A stretch of DNA of 64,000 nt from Oscillospiraceae bacterium (GCA_045592405.1 JAZNUR010000097.1:7220-71219); one strand, 5' to 3'. Positions 45,248-55,897 are shown, counted from the stretch's first letter. Translations and numbers: made by a program. The notes: generated by a model not told the origin, from the letters alone.

Positions 45248-46183
45248 TTACATAGTTCCGTCAAATACTGTTTCTATGTATTTGCCGGAATCCTCCGGTG
45301 TATAGATCCAGCGGTCAATATGGGAACCCTTGTAAAAATAGCGGATGGGTTCAGGTTTGCTTTCTTCTTCACAGATATCCACCATGATCAGCTTTACTTT
45401 TAGCTTTTCGGGAATCAGAGCCTTGATGTAGACACTGATACGCTGTCCTACCTGCACGGGATGACGAAGTTCGGCAAGTCCCGCAAGGTTTGGCATCAGT
45501 TCAATAAATACACCATATTTCTCGACGGAGCGGACAATGCCGCAGGTGGTTTCTCCCACATGGAATAATTGGGCATTTTCCTCCCAAGTTCCCAGAAGCT
45601 CCTTATGCGACAGACAGATCCGCTTGCCTTGCACTGCCTTAATAATGACTCTTACACTCTGTCCGACGGTGAAGCGATCGGAAGGATGTGAGATTCTTGA
45701 AACAGAAATAGCGTCAATCGGTACCATGGACACAATACCGCATCCAATATCCACAAATGCTCCGAATGGTTCAAGATGCGTTACTCTTGCATCAATAATA
45801 TCTCCTGGAGATAATTTTGTCAAAAACTGCTCGCTGCACTGTTCCTGCACAACCCTTCTGGAAAGAATCGCAACGGGGGTGCCGGATTCGTCGTTTTCAA
45901 TGCGAAGCACACGGAAACAAACCGGTTTTCCGACACGGGCGATCAGGGCAATATCTCTGAGTTCACCCTCTGCAATGCCGACTGCACCTTCTTCACGTGG
46001 AATCATGCCTTTGATACAAGGCAAACTTACCCACAAATTATGGTTGCTGTCACACATCGTAACTTTTGCTTCCAGAATGCGTCCGCTTGCCTGTGCCTGC
46101 AGCAAACCCTGTACACTTGAAATCGCAGCTGTATTCTCTGGAGAATCCAGCAGTGCCCCTTCCGGATAGAATAATGTCATCAT
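45248..46183 (-). CDS. Protein with multiple S1 RNA-binding domains
   Basis: Repeated S1 OB-fold signatures (GDIIDARVTHLEPFGAFVDIG; GETTCGIVRSVEKYGVFIEL). 311 aa. Confidence 0.8.
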   Translation of the reverse strand: MMTLFYPEGALLDSPENTAAISSVQGLLQAQASGRILEAKVTMCDSNHNLWVSLPCIKGMIPREEGAVGIAEGELRDIALIARVGKPVCFRVLRIENDESGTPVAILSRRVVQEQCSEQFLTKLSPGDIIDARVTHLEPFGAFVDIGCGIVSMVPIDAISVSRISHPSDRFTVGQSVRVIIKAVQGKRICLSHKELLGTWEENAQLFHVGETTCGIVRSVEKYGVFIELMPNLAGLAELRHPVQVGQRISVYIKALIPEKLKVKLIMVDICEEESKPEPIRYFYKGSHIDRWIYTPEDSGKYIETVFDGTM

Positions 46184-46209
46184 ATTTTGACCTCCGATAT
46201 ATTATTTGA

Positions 46210-46283
46210 GGAACATTATGCCCCCATCACAGCGTATGCGGCTGTAACTTGGAATATGCTGCAGCAGGTGAACATAATGTTCC
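46210..46283 (-). other. Long-range inverted repeat (structured 5' leader of the S1-domain gene)
   Basis: Perfect 11-bp arms GGAACATTATG (46210-46220) and CATAATGTTCC (46273-46283) enclose 52 nt that contain smaller stems. The element ends about 20 nt before the RBS CGGAGG. Confidence 0.4.
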
Positions 46284-46361
46284 GATACTTCCCTTCATCA
46301 CTCTTCTATTTTATGCTACCATATTTTTACAGGCTTGTCAAGTGAATTATCTGTCGTATTT

Positions 46362-46709
46362 TCACGATTTCCGTACTTTCACAGCACCGGCTGCATGAAT
46401 GATTGCTTCCGCTGCACCAGCAGTATCTGCGTCACACAGTACAAGCAGCTCCGCAGATTTGCGGTACATGGGTTCCGGCAGTACATCGTCACTCATATCC
46501 GATACCATGACTGCTGTTGCGTAATTTGCCATCCGTAAATTCGCAGGCAGTATTGTATACTTTTGTTTTCCGGTAAAAGATTCTGCTGCTCTTCCGATCG
46601 GCTGCACGAATGTCCGGTGCACACCGCGGACACTGCGGCGTATTCTTCCGGCAGCAAGTTCCGCCAGTTCCACAGCCTCAAATTCTCCCCGAATTCTGCA
46701 TAGTTCCAT
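46362..46709 (-). CDS. Hypothetical protein
   Basis: 115-aa ORF. The ATG at 46709 follows AGGTGAGG. No recognisable motif. Confidence 0.4.
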   Translation of the reverse strand: MELCRIRGEFEAVELAELAAGRIRRSVRGVHRTFVQPIGRAAESFTGKQKYTILPANLRMANYATAVMVSDMSDDVLPEPMYRKSAELLVLCDADTAGAAEAIIHAAGAVKVRKS

Positions 46710-46894
46710 ACTTTTTTCCTCACCTAACACCTTTTTTTCATCACCCTGCATAGGATAATGGGTTCTTTTTTATCATTATTGAACAAATTCTAAAAAATAT
46801 GATAACTAAATATTGCCTTTTTTTCAGAAATGCGTTATAATATAGAATGGCGACAAATGCATTTGCACATAATGCAGGAAAGGACTGTTTTGAC

Positions 46895-47086
46895 ATGGAT
46901 ATCAGACTGCAGGACAGATTGCTGATGAAAAAACAGCACCCTTGCGGCTCCAGAGAAATGGAAGTATTAAGAGCCGGCATGGACTTTCGTCTTCGCTGCA
47001 CAGGCTGCGGCAGAGAATTTATGGTGCCAAGGCATAAAATCGAAAAATATATCAAACAGGTCATTCATAAGGATGAAATTGATTAA
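46895..47086 (+). CDS. DUF951-family small protein
   Basis: LLMKKQHPCGS...RLRCTGCGREFMVPR pattern with four Cys. 63 aa when started at MDIRL, which follows AGGAAAGGA. Confidence 0.6.
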   Translation: MDIRLQDRLLMKKQHPCGSREMEVLRAGMDFRLRCTGCGREFMVPRHKIEKYIKQVIHKDEID

Positions 47087-47125
47087 ATCTTTCCCGAAAA
47101 TGAAAACAGAAAGGTGATTCCCGTT

Positions 47126-48205
47126 ATGTTCGAAAAGCTTTTGCAGATGGAACAGAAATATGAAGATATCAACACCCAGCTCTCCGATCCCGATGTTATC
47201 AATGATCGTGATAAGTACACGGCGTTTATGAAGGAATACAAAAACCTTACACCAATCGTTGAGGCATTTCGGGGCTATAAGGCAACACAGGCGGAGTTGG
47301 ATGAAGCAAAAGAACTGCTCGCTGACGGCTCACTGGACGCAGAACTCAAGGAAATGGCACAGCTTCAGCTGGAAGAGGCAAAGGAGCAGCTCGAAGAACA
47401 GATGCAGGAACTCAAGATCCTGCTCCTTCCTAAAGATCCGAATGATGACAAAAACGTTATTATTGAAATTCGTGGCGGTGCCGGCGGTGAAGAGGCTTCC
47501 CTTTTTGCAAATTCCCTTTATCGTATGTATAGTATGTATGCGGAATCCCATCGCTGGAAGCAGGAGATCCTCAATGCCAATCCTACTGAACTTGGCGGCT
47601 ACAAGGAAATCAGCTTTTCCATTGAGGGTGGAGGTGCCTATTCCCGTATGAAATATGAAAGCGGTGTACACCGTGTACAGCGTGTTCCCGAAACCGAATC
47701 ACAGGGACGTATTCACACGTCCACAGTTACAGTGGCAGTTCTTCCGGAAGCTGACGAGGTTGAACTGGAAATTAACCCTGCCGATCTCAAGATCGACGTA
47801 TTCCGTGCCAGTGGTGCGGGCGGTCAGCATATTAATAAAACCGAATCTGCGGTGCGTATCACTCACCTTCCCACGGGCGTGATCGTGGAATGTCAGGATG
47901 AACGCAGCCAGCATAAAAATAAAGACAAGGCGATGAAAGTCCTGCGTGCAAGATTATTTGAAACCTTGCAGCAGGAACAGACGGACAAGATCGCATCTGA
48001 AAGAAAGATGCAGGTTGGTACGGGTGATCGTTCTGAACGTATCCGCACATACAATTATCCACAGGGACGTATGACGGATCATCGCATCGGACTGACGCTG
48101 TATCGTTTGGAAAGCATTCTTAACGGCGATCTCGATGAAATTTTTGACGCTCTTGCCACTGCCGATCAGGCGGCAAAGCTTGCAGGACAGGATCATGATG
48201 ACTAA
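47126..48205 (+). CDS. prfA: Peptide chain release factor 1
   Basis: The GGQ motif is [19 protein letters not shown], and the PxT tripeptide region is [14 protein letters not shown]. Start set at MFEKLL. Confidence 0.95.
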   Translation: MFEKLLQMEQKYEDINTQLSDPDVINDRDKYTAFMKEYKNLTPIVEAFRGYKATQAELDEAKELLADGSLDAELKEMAQLQLEEAKEQLEEQMQELKILLLPKDPNDDKNVIIEIRGGAGGEEASLFANSLYRMYSMYAESHRWKQEILNANPTELGGYKEISFSIEGGGAYSRMKYESGVHRVQRVPETESQGRIHTSTVTVAVLPEADEVELEINPADLKIDVFRASGAGGQHINKTESAVRITHLPTGVIVECQDERSQHKNKDKAMKVLRARLFETLQQEQTDKIASERKMQVGTGDRSERIRTYNYPQGRMTDHRIGLTLYRLESILNGDLDEIFDALATADQAAKLAGQDHDD

Positions 48206-49211
48206 ATTTTTACAGAGCACAACCGAAGAAATACAGATAGCCGCAGAACTTATCCGCAATGGAGAGCTTGTTGCATTCCCTACGGAAACGGTTTACGGAC
48301 TTGGTGCAGATGCCAGAAATGAAAATTCCGTCAGGAACATTTTCGCTGCTAAAGGCAGACCTGCTGATAATCCATTGATCGTACACATCAGTGATCTTAC
48401 AATGATGCAGGATATTGCTGCGAATGTTCCTCCAATTGCCAAGAAGCTTGCAGCGGCATTCTGGCCGGGGCCGCTGACAATGGTTCTCCCAAAACGTGAT
48501 TGCATTCCGTCAGTAACTTCCGGAGGCTTGGATACTGTCGGCATTCGTATGCCGTCACATCCTGTTGCTTTGGAATTGATCAAACAGTCGGGATGCCCGA
48601 TTGCCGCACCGTCCGCTAATTTGTCCGGTTCTCCGAGTCCCACTACTGCAGAACACGTAATGGATGACATGAATGGCAGAATTTCCGCTGTGATTGACGG
48701 CGGACTATGTGAAGTTGGTGTCGAATCGACGGTCATTTGCTTTGATGATGCGGAAACGATTCATATTCTGCGTCCTGGAATGATCTCTCCTGAGGATCTG
48801 TCACCGTATGCTGAACGTGTTTATGTGGACGAAGCCATTTTTAAACAGATTGATCCGAGTGCAGTCGTTGCATCCCCCGGTATGAAATATCGTCACTATG
48901 CTCCGGATACTGTAATTATTCCTGTAGATGCACCGGATTTTCAAGCTTTTACAGAATTTGTACTTTCCCACTATGAAGAAGGTACGTATTGTCTGCTTTT
49001 TGATTCTGATCCGGATATTCCGGGTGTTCCATTTCTGCGTTACGGCGACGTTGCTAAGGAACAGGCACGTTATCTGTTCCTGCGTTTCCGTCAGCTGGAT
49101 GAGCAGAAAGCGAAAATAGTATATGTTCGTATGCCAAAGAAAAGCGGTGCGGATCTTTCCGTTTACAACCGTCTGATGCGTGCGGCAGGATTTGAGGTGA
49201 TAACGCTATGA
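48195..49211 (+). CDS. tsaC: L-threonylcarbamoyladenylate synthase (Sua5/YwlC type with a C-terminal Sua5 domain)
   Basis: [13 protein letters not shown] and [11 protein letters not shown] motifs. 11-nt overlap with the prfA stop. Confidence 0.9.
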   Translation: MMTKFLQSTTEEIQIAAELIRNGELVAFPTETVYGLGADARNENSVRNIFAAKGRPADNPLIVHISDLTMMQDIAANVPPIAKKLAAAFWPGPLTMVLPKRDCIPSVTSGGLDTVGIRMPSHPVALELIKQSGCPIAAPSANLSGSPSPTTAEHVMDDMNGRISAVIDGGLCEVGVESTVICFDDAETIHILRPGMISPEDLSPYAERVYVDEAIFKQIDPSAVVASPGMKYRHYAPDTVIIPVDAPDFQAFTEFVLSHYEEGTYCLLFDSDPDIPGVPFLRYGDVAKEQARYLFLRFRQLDEQKAKIVYVRMPKKSGADLSVYNRLMRAAGFEVITL

Positions 49212-49849
49212 GCCATGACAAACAAACATGGGTTGTCGGTCTGACCGGTCAGACCGGTGCCGGTAAAAGTACGGTTTCCGGAATTTTTGTGGAAAATGGA
49301 TTTACACTGATTGATGCTGATCACATTTCCAGAAAAATTGTAGAGCCGGGTATGCCCTGTCTTGAAGAGTTGTTTGATTATTTCGGCGATCCGATCCGAA
49401 ATACGGACAACACACTTAACCGCAAGGCTCTGGCGAAACTCGCTTTTACCAATAAGCGTAATCTGGAAAGTCTCAATAGTATTTGTCATCCTTTTATTAC
49501 CGAGGAAATTCTGGCAAAAATCAGCTATTTTTCCGCAGCAGGCCATAAATTCATACTTCTTGATGCACCTACACTTTTTGAAAGTCAGGCAGCGGATTTC
49601 TGCGATCTGATCATTTCCGTGGTTGCCAAGCCGGAACTGCGATGCGAGCGTATTATGAAGCGTGATGCATTGACCAGAGAAGAAGCTCACGATCGCATGA
49701 ATGCTCAGCTTGATGAGGATTTCTTTATTGGTCATTCGGATTATGTGATCCATAACAACGAGGACTGCAAACAGCTTTTTGAATTAACTGCGGAAGTTGT
49801 GGATAAAATCAAGGTTTACTATCATACTAAATATCATACATCGAATTAA
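49208..49849 (+). CDS. coaE: Dephospho-CoA kinase
   Basis: VGLTGQTGAGKST P-loop. 4-nt overlap with tsaC. Confidence 0.9.
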   Translation: MSHDKQTWVVGLTGQTGAGKSTVSGIFVENGFTLIDADHISRKIVEPGMPCLEELFDYFGDPIRNTDNTLNRKALAKLAFTNKRNLESLNSICHPFITEEILAKISYFSAAGHKFILLDAPTLFESQAADFCDLIISVVAKPELRCERIMKRDALTREEAHDRMNAQLDEDFFIGHSDYVIHNNEDCKQLFELTAEVVDKIKVYYHTKYHTSN

Positions 49850-49870
49850 TCGTTTGTCTGAATAACGTAA

Positions 49871-49893
49871 ATACCCCACCTTTGGTGGGGTAT
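49871..49893 (+). terminator. Hairpin after coaE
   Basis: ATACCCCACC-TTT-GGTGGGGTAT. There is no clear U-tract. Confidence 0.4.
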
Positions 49894-49943
49894 CCTATTC
49901 AAATCATTTCAGACAACACACATTTTTGAAAGGCGGTTATATT

Positions 49944-51347
49944 ATGGAAAAGGAAAAATCAATTGCTCAGCAGAAAAAAGAAGCTCTGCTTTCAAAATCC
50001 AAACACGCTGTGATGCGTATGGAAGATACGGAACTGGCTGCTTGTGATGCATTCTGCGAGGATTATAAGGTATTTCTGGACAGGGCAAAGACGGAGCGTG
50101 AGGCTGTCAATTTTGTAGAATCTGCTCTGATGGAAAATGGGTTCCGAAAGTTCACTCCCGGTATGGAGCTGAAAGCAGGCGATAAAATTTATGTGAACAA
50201 TCGTGGTAAGGCTATTATTATGGCTACCATCGGTACGGAGCCGATTACAAACGGTGTGCGTCTGAATGCGGCACACATTGATTCTCCAAGACTTGACATG
50301 AAACAGCATCCGCTGTATGAGGATACGGAAATTGCATTTTTCAAAACGCACTATTATGGCGGAATCAAGAAGTACCAGTGGACTGCAATGCCGCTTTCTC
50401 TGCATGGTGTTGTTGTCCGCAGTGATGGCAGCACAGTGGAAGTATGCATAGGCGAGGACGAAAATGATCCAGTATTCTGTATCACCGATCTCCTCCCCCA
50501 TCTTGCGGCAAATCAGATGAAACGTACACTGAACGAGGGCATCAAAGGAGAAGAACTGAACATTGTTGTAGGTTCACGCCCTTTCAAGGATGACAGTGAG
50601 AGCAATCTTGTCAAGCTTGCGATCATGGATATTCTGAATGAAAAATACGGTATCATTGAAGATGATTTCATTTCCGCAGAACTTGAGGCGGTTCCTGCGT
50701 TCAAAGCGAAGGATGTTGGATTTGACCGCAGCATGATCGGTGCCTATGGTCATGATGATCGTGTATGTGCTTACACTGCATTTGCAGCGGCTCTCAAATG
50801 CACCGCTCCCCGCTTTACAGGTGTTACGATTCTGACGGACAAGGAAGAAACAGGCAGTGATGGCAACACGGGACTGTGTTCCGCCTACCTCAAATATTTT
50901 ATGTATGACCTCGCAGAATGCTTTGGTGCAAACGGCAGAACCGTAATGTCAGCATCAAAATGCCTGTCCGCTGATGTAAATGCAGCTTATGATCCGACCT
51001 TCTCCGATGTTCTGGAACGAAACAACTGTGCATACTTCAATCATGGTGTATGCGTAACAAAATTCACTGGTGCAAGGGGCAAGTCCGGTACTTCTGACGC
51101 ATCCGCTGAGTTTGTTGGTGAAATTCGTCGTCTCTTTGATGCAAACTATGTAATTTGGCAGACGGGTGAACTCGGCAAGGTAGATATGGGCGGCGGCGGT
51201 ACAGTTGCTGCGTATCTTGCAAATCTTAATATTGACACGATAGATGTGGGAGTACCTGTACTTTCGATGCACGCTCCCTATGAAATGGTTGCGAAAACGG
51301 ACGTTTATGCTGCTTACAAGGCGTTTGTGGCATTTTTGGAGAGTTAA
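49944..51347 (+). CDS. M18-family aminopeptidase
   Basis: Aspartyl-aminopeptidase-like sequence (AHIDSPRLD, GAYGHDDRVC, DKEETGSDG, SMHAPYE). The ATG at 49944 follows GAAAGGCGG. Confidence 0.85.
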   Translation: MEKEKSIAQQKKEALLSKSKHAVMRMEDTELAACDAFCEDYKVFLDRAKTEREAVNFVESALMENGFRKFTPGMELKAGDKIYVNNRGKAIIMATIGTEPITNGVRLNAAHIDSPRLDMKQHPLYEDTEIAFFKTHYYGGIKKYQWTAMPLSLHGVVVRSDGSTVEVCIGEDENDPVFCITDLLPHLAANQMKRTLNEGIKGEELNIVVGSRPFKDDSESNLVKLAIMDILNEKYGIIEDDFISAELEAVPAFKAKDVGFDRSMIGAYGHDDRVCAYTAFAAALKCTAPRFTGVTILTDKEETGSDGNTGLCSAYLKYFMYDLAECFGANGRTVMSASKCLSADVNAAYDPTFSDVLERNNCAYFNHGVCVTKFTGARGKSGTSDASAEFVGEIRRLFDANYVIWQTGELGKVDMGGGGTVAAYLANLNIDTIDVGVPVLSMHAPYEMVAKTDVYAAYKAFVAFLES

Positions 51348-51353
51348 GGCGAT

Positions 51354-51554
51354 ATGCGGTATTTAGAACGATTTGATATGAAAATCATTTCTGCAAATGC
51401 AGAGGATCTGTATGTGATGATCAAGCATTTCAGCGAGGATCATGATATTTCCTTCAGTGATGCTAAGGATATTATCCTGACTTCCGTAATCGGAAGTCTT
51501 GGTGTTGAACAGAATATCGCAGAAATTGCAAAAAAGATGGACAGATTATCGTAA
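51354..51554 (+). CDS. Small hypothetical protein
   Basis: 66-aa ORF packed tightly between the aminopeptidase gene and xth. No motif recognised. Confidence 0.3.
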   Translation: MRYLERFDMKIISANAEDLYVMIKHFSEDHDISFSDAKDIILTSVIGSLGVEQNIAEIAKKMDRLS

Positions 51555-51571
51555 AGGAGATCGAAGATGCA

Positions 51572-52324
51572 ATGAAACTGATTTCATGGAATGTCAACGG
51601 ATTTCGTGCGTGTCTGACAAAAGGTTTTGAGGAAAGTTTCAAGCAATTGGATGCAGATATTTTCTGCATCCAGGAAACGAAAATGCAGCCCGAACAGGTT
51701 ACGACTTCCTTTGAGGGCTATCTTCAGTATTTCAACAGTGCGGTGAAAAAAGGGTATTCCGGTACAGCAGTTTTCACTAAAAACGAACCCATTTCCGTAA
51801 CGTTCAACTTTGAGAGGCACATGGATGAAGGTCGTGCCATTGTGTGTGAGTATGACAAGTTCTTTCTGGTGAATCTCTATGTTCCGAATGCTCAAAGGGA
51901 GCTTGCACGCATTGATTACCGTATGCAGTGGGAAGATGATCTGCGGGCATTCCTTTCGGAGCTTGACAAGAAGAAACCGATCATCCTGTGCGGTGATCTG
52001 AACGTTGCACATAAGGAGATCGACCTGAAAAACCCGAAAACCAATGTGGGGAATGCCGGTTTCTCGGACGAAGAACGCGGCAAGTTCGGAGAGCTTCTGG
52101 AAAGCGGTTTTACAGACTCTTTCCGTTATCTGTATCCGGACCTGAAGGATGCTTATACATGGTGGTCGTATATGTTCAAATCCAGAGAACGTAATGTGGG
52201 ATGGAGAATTGACTACTTCCTCGTTTCAACCCGCATTGCGGACAAAATCGTTGATGCGAAAATCTATCCCGATATTCTGGGAAGTGACCATTGTCCGGTG
52301 GGGCTGGAAATTGCAATGGATTAA
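51572..52324 (+). CDS. xth: Exodeoxyribonuclease III
   Basis: MKLISWNVNGFRA, FCIQETK and SDHCPV motifs. Confidence 0.9.
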   Translation: MKLISWNVNGFRACLTKGFEESFKQLDADIFCIQETKMQPEQVTTSFEGYLQYFNSAVKKGYSGTAVFTKNEPISVTFNFERHMDEGRAIVCEYDKFFLVNLYVPNAQRELARIDYRMQWEDDLRAFLSELDKKKPIILCGDLNVAHKEIDLKNPKTNVGNAGFSDEERGKFGELLESGFTDSFRYLYPDLKDAYTWWSYMFKSRERNVGWRIDYFLVSTRIADKIVDAKIYPDILGSDHCPVGLEIAMD

Positions 52325-52325
52325 C

Positions 52326-52359
52326 AAAAACCCGTTTCTGAGCACAGAAACGGGTTTTT
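52326..52359. terminator. Bidirectional terminator between xth(+) and the ACP gene(-)
   Basis: AAAAACCCGTTTCTG-AGCA-CAGAAACGGGTTTTT. Confidence 0.8.
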
Positions 52360-52361
52360 GA

Positions 52362-52604
52362 TTACTTTGCTCTTTCCATGAGAATATCTAGCATCTCACC
52401 AACATTTTTCATACCGCTTACCTCACGCATTGTAAAACGCATACGGAATGCCTTTTCCACCGCTGCAATCAAATTGATATGCTCAAGGCTGTCCCAATCC
52501 TCAATATCCTTTGCGGATGTTGCATCTGTCAGAACGATCTCGTCATCATCGAACACGTCCCGAAATACCTCTGTGAGCTTTGCTTTTACCTGTTCTCTGT
52601 TCAT
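52362..52604 (-). CDS. Acyl/peptidyl carrier protein (DltC/ACP-like)
   Basis: 80 aa, with the phosphopantetheine attachment site in EDWDSLEHINLIAAVE. Confidence 0.8.
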   Translation of the reverse strand: MNREQVKAKLTEVFRDVFDDDEIVLTDATSAKDIEDWDSLEHINLIAAVEKAFRMRFTMREVSGMKNVGEMLDILMERAK

Positions 52605-52620
52605 AGTTATTGTCCTCCTG

Positions 52621-54429
52621 TTATTTTGATGCGGTCATTGCGGATACGGCAATGACTTCATTTTTTTGTGTATATCCTTCGGTATCCAGCTTCCAGATGC
52701 TGTTTCCATCCTCATCCTTTGAAATCTGTGTAAAGCCGAATGTTCCAAACAGCTCGGCTACCATTGCATTTTTCTTGGTGGGAAAGTAATAGCCGTAAAT
52801 TTCTTTAATACCCTGCTTACGGCATTCCATGACGAGGGAATCCAGCATTGCAAACTCCATATCCCGCTTGAGCACACGGCAGCTCATCAGCCACAGTTCC
52901 ACACGAAGTGCTGCCTCTTCCTTTCTGCCTATTACAACGGATACGATACCATTGTCGCCAAATTTATCCTCAAGCCTTCCATAAAGGCGGATATGCTGCT
53001 TGCTCTCTGCTACAGATTCCATTTCTGCCTGCGTATAACGCTTTGTTGTTACATTGAACTGATTGCTCTTATTGGTCAATTGGGTAATTCTGGGAAGATG
53101 CACAGGATCAAAATCACGGATTTCGGCTTTCATATCAAGGCTCAACAAGAAATCCTTATAATTTGCAAATTTCTGCTGTGCTGCCTGACGCTGTGCGTTT
53201 GCCTGATACATTGCGTTACGCTTTGCATCATCCCCCGAAAGTGTCGTCACTTCAAAATAACCGCTTCTATCCAGAGCCAGCATACATTCCTCAACGGAAT
53301 CAAAGGAAATTACGGCGGTATCCGGCAGCTGTGCCTGTACAATGGCACGTTCGGCAGGGTTATCATCCACAAAAACAAAGCTTTCCGGCAGAAGCGTAAG
53401 TTCCTGTGCCATATCGGCGATGTTCATGGATTTCGGCTCCCAATTGGCTTTGATGCAGACAAAGTCCTCGGGTTTCAGTACACCATCGGGGTGTTCCAGA
53501 CCGGAGATGGCGTTTTCGTAATCATTCTTGGAACAAACTGTCAGAAGCACTCCCAGATCCTTATGTGCCTTCAGATAACCCTGCAGCTGTGCATATGCTT
53601 GACCGACGGAGGTTTCCTGTCCGATTTCAATTCCTGCCTGTCCGTCATCGCCGATAACACCGCCCCAAAGGGTATTGTCCAGATCCAAAGCAAGTACTTT
53701 TTTATTTTTTCCCATGAGAGAACAAACAATGTTGGAAAGATTATAAGCAAACTCCGGGATAGCGGGAACGCAGAGGGCATATTTATAGAGATGCCAGTAG
53801 GACGGTTCCAGCCATTTTTCCAGTCCGTAGGAAGCGGAAAGGTAATTAATGTCGTGAATATAAAAATTACTATGCTTTTTGGCATATTCATAGAAACGGC
53901 AATTAAGCTGCGTCAGGAAATCAATTCTTCCATGTATGCACCCAACCTCACGGTTGCCAAGCAGTCGTGTCAGCGGCATTTCAAAATTATTCTGGATGAT
54001 GGGACACTGATATACCTGCATTAAACGATCCCACATCTGAGAAAAATGTGAGTACGCCTGTTCCAGCTTATGTTCCACTACTTCTGCACTGTCACCGATC
54101 TGCGGATATTCCTGTACATTTCGTGAAGATGTGTGGATGAAGATCAGTTCCGGCTTAAACTCCTCCAGAGAGGGATTCTCAAACATGGCGTCGTTCCAGT
54201 ACTGGGCATATTCCGATTGCCAGAACTCGGGGACAATGCCACGGTTTCGAAGAAAAAGTTCCAGCATCAAGATAATATCACTTGTTGTGGAACCACCCAG
54301 AACAGCGATACGAAGCTTTACCGCACCGCTTTCCTGTTCTTTAAGAGTACGCAGCAGCTTTCGGCGTTTCTGCAAAAGCAGTGCACTGTCAAACGGATAA
54401 CATAGTTCCTGCAGCATAAAATCCTCCAT
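52621..54429 (-). CDS. FkbH-like HAD-IIIC phosphatase/acyltransferase
   Basis: The HAD motif I is LALDLDNTLWGGVIGDDG. CSKND is present, and the C-terminal GNAT-like domain carries LMSCRVLKRDME (FkbH-type catalytic Cys region). An N-terminal domain of about 270 aa is unassigned. The ATG at 54429 follows GGGGAAGGGG. Confidence 0.75.
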   Translation of the reverse strand: MEDFMLQELCYPFDSALLLQKRRKLLRTLKEQESGAVKLRIAVLGGSTTSDIILMLELFLRNRGIVPEFWQSEYAQYWNDAMFENPSLEEFKPELIFIHTSSRNVQEYPQIGDSAEVVEHKLEQAYSHFSQMWDRLMQVYQCPIIQNNFEMPLTRLLGNREVGCIHGRIDFLTQLNCRFYEYAKKHSNFYIHDINYLSASYGLEKWLEPSYWHLYKYALCVPAIPEFAYNLSNIVCSLMGKNKKVLALDLDNTLWGGVIGDDGQAGIEIGQETSVGQAYAQLQGYLKAHKDLGVLLTVCSKNDYENAISGLEHPDGVLKPEDFVCIKANWEPKSMNIADMAQELTLLPESFVFVDDNPAERAIVQAQLPDTAVISFDSVEECMLALDRSGYFEVTTLSGDDAKRNAMYQANAQRQAAQQKFANYKDFLLSLDMKAEIRDFDPVHLPRITQLTNKSNQFNVTTKRYTQAEMESVAESKQHIRLYGRLEDKFGDNGIVSVVIGRKEEAALRVELWLMSCRVLKRDMEFAMLDSLVMECRKQGIKEIYGYYFPTKKNAMVAELFGTFGFTQISKDEDGNSIWKLDTEGYTQKNEVIAVSAMTASK

Positions 54430-54472
54430 AAAAATTGCCCCTTCCCCTGCCAGGCAAGGAAAGGGGCAGTCA

Positions 54473-55888
54473 TCAATGCATAATTTTCTGTAACTTTTTG
54501 GAATTACCGCCTGTTGCACTGTACGTGTTCATTGCAAAGAGCACATCGGTAACGCCATGTTCCTTTACAAAGTCAATCACACCGGGCTTGAAATACCGCA
54601 TATCTACAACCCAGATCTCTGAGAAGGACTGGGTAAGACAAGGTACAAGGGCATTTCCGTAGCTGTCCTTGATGATCATCAGCTTTCTGCCGTTGGTACA
54701 GTCGGTTGTAACATGGGTGATGCGTTCATCACCGCCCATGAATACGAGATACCAGCTGGAATTTGCGACATTATCAAGATTGATCAGCAGATTGCCCTGA
54801 CGTTCGTTTGTCATGTCTGTGTTATAATATGTCGTTGTATACTGATTTTTCGGTTTATAGTAAATAAACGGTTCGGGATTGTCCTTGAATACCGCATGAT
54901 TAGTATAACCATAAAGCGTTCCGACATATCCATCCTTTTGTACAGTTTCATATTCGGAAAGTTCTGCAAACGGAACACCCGCAGTTTCCGCAAACGCCTG
55001 TGCTGCGTAGTATGCACCAAGCGGCTGCCAGTGGTGATCAGTTCTGGAATAAATTGCCTCTTTTTTATGCTCTCCCAGAATGGAGTAAGCATCCACAGGC
55101 TGCACACCATTGAAGAAGCTGTTAATATGGTTGATATTTTCCAGCTCACTTGCAGTGGATGATGCATATTTCTTCGGGAGATAATAGGAAACCGCTGTCG
55201 GTGCAACAAGAGAATAGACATTCACACCTTCACCAAGTTCCGCTTTATACTGATTCAGTGTTTCTGCATATTTCTGACCGTTTGCAAAACCACCGCCGTA
55301 TAGCATGATACCACGATCCTTAACAATGAGGATATTATTGGCGATCTCGCCTTCATAATCCTCCTCTTCTTCAAGTTCGGTGGTGGCTTCCGTGGTTTCG
55401 GTCATCTCAGTCGTTTCAGTTGGACTTGTTTCCTGTGTGGAATCCTCCGTTGCAAGTGTTGTTTCCTCAGTCGGCTCAGTTTCGGAAGGTTCCGTTGTTT
55501 CTTCGGGTTTATTCTCGATGGTCGGAATGTTTCCGATGATGATAACGCCATCATCATAGGGAATGCCGAGATTCGCACGAAAATCGGATATCATAGCCTT
55601 GAAGGTGCTTCGCATCGGTACAGTGTCATTATAGAACTGTGCGAACTGAGAAGTGAAGGTACCGTCAAGGTAGGAGGAAATTGAAAATTTCGGACATTTT
55701 GTCAAGTCACGGTTTTCTTCCTCAGATTTTGTCGGCCTTTCTGCAAGCACCATGAACACAGCAATTACAGCCATGCAAATAAGCAGTGCCATAACGTTAA
55801 AACTATGTGTCCAGTGGTCAACCATACGTTTTTTATTGATTTTACGTTTTCTGGGTGCAGCAGCACGATTCTGTTTCTGATTCATCAT
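54473..55888 (-). CDS. DHHW-family (AlgX/AlgJ/DltD-like) extracytoplasmic acyltransferase
   Basis: N-terminal TM anchor, a Thr/Glu-rich linker, and the SRTDHHWQPLGAYYA signature. Confidence 0.8.
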   Translation of the reverse strand: MMNQKQNRAAAPRKRKINKKRMVDHWTHSFNVMALLICMAVIAVFMVLAERPTKSEEENRDLTKCPKFSISSYLDGTFTSQFAQFYNDTVPMRSTFKAMISDFRANLGIPYDDGVIIIGNIPTIENKPEETTEPSETEPTEETTLATEDSTQETSPTETTEMTETTEATTELEEEEDYEGEIANNILIVKDRGIMLYGGGFANGQKYAETLNQYKAELGEGVNVYSLVAPTAVSYYLPKKYASSTASELENINHINSFFNGVQPVDAYSILGEHKKEAIYSRTDHHWQPLGAYYAAQAFAETAGVPFAELSEYETVQKDGYVGTLYGYTNHAVFKDNPEPFIYYKPKNQYTTTYYNTDMTNERQGNLLINLDNVANSSWYLVFMGGDERITHVTTDCTNGRKLMIIKDSYGNALVPCLTQSFSEIWVVDMRYFKPGVIDFVKEHGVTDVLFAMNTYSATGGNSKKLQKIMH

Positions 55889-55897
55889 CCCACCCCC

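Noticed and set aside
47687-47695. RF1 tripeptide reads PET instead of PAT
   Set aside because: The motif is PxT and the middle residue varies naturally. From memory, Firmicute RF1s also carry PET. I do not consider it unusual.
52993-54024. 343-aa plus-strand ORF opposite the FkbH-like gene, and 59409-60254 opposite the ABC-F gene, 15514-16155 opposite the kinase gene, and 44534-45169 opposite queC/queF
   Set aside because: All are antisense to genes with strong family signatures and show the typical shadow-ORF composition.
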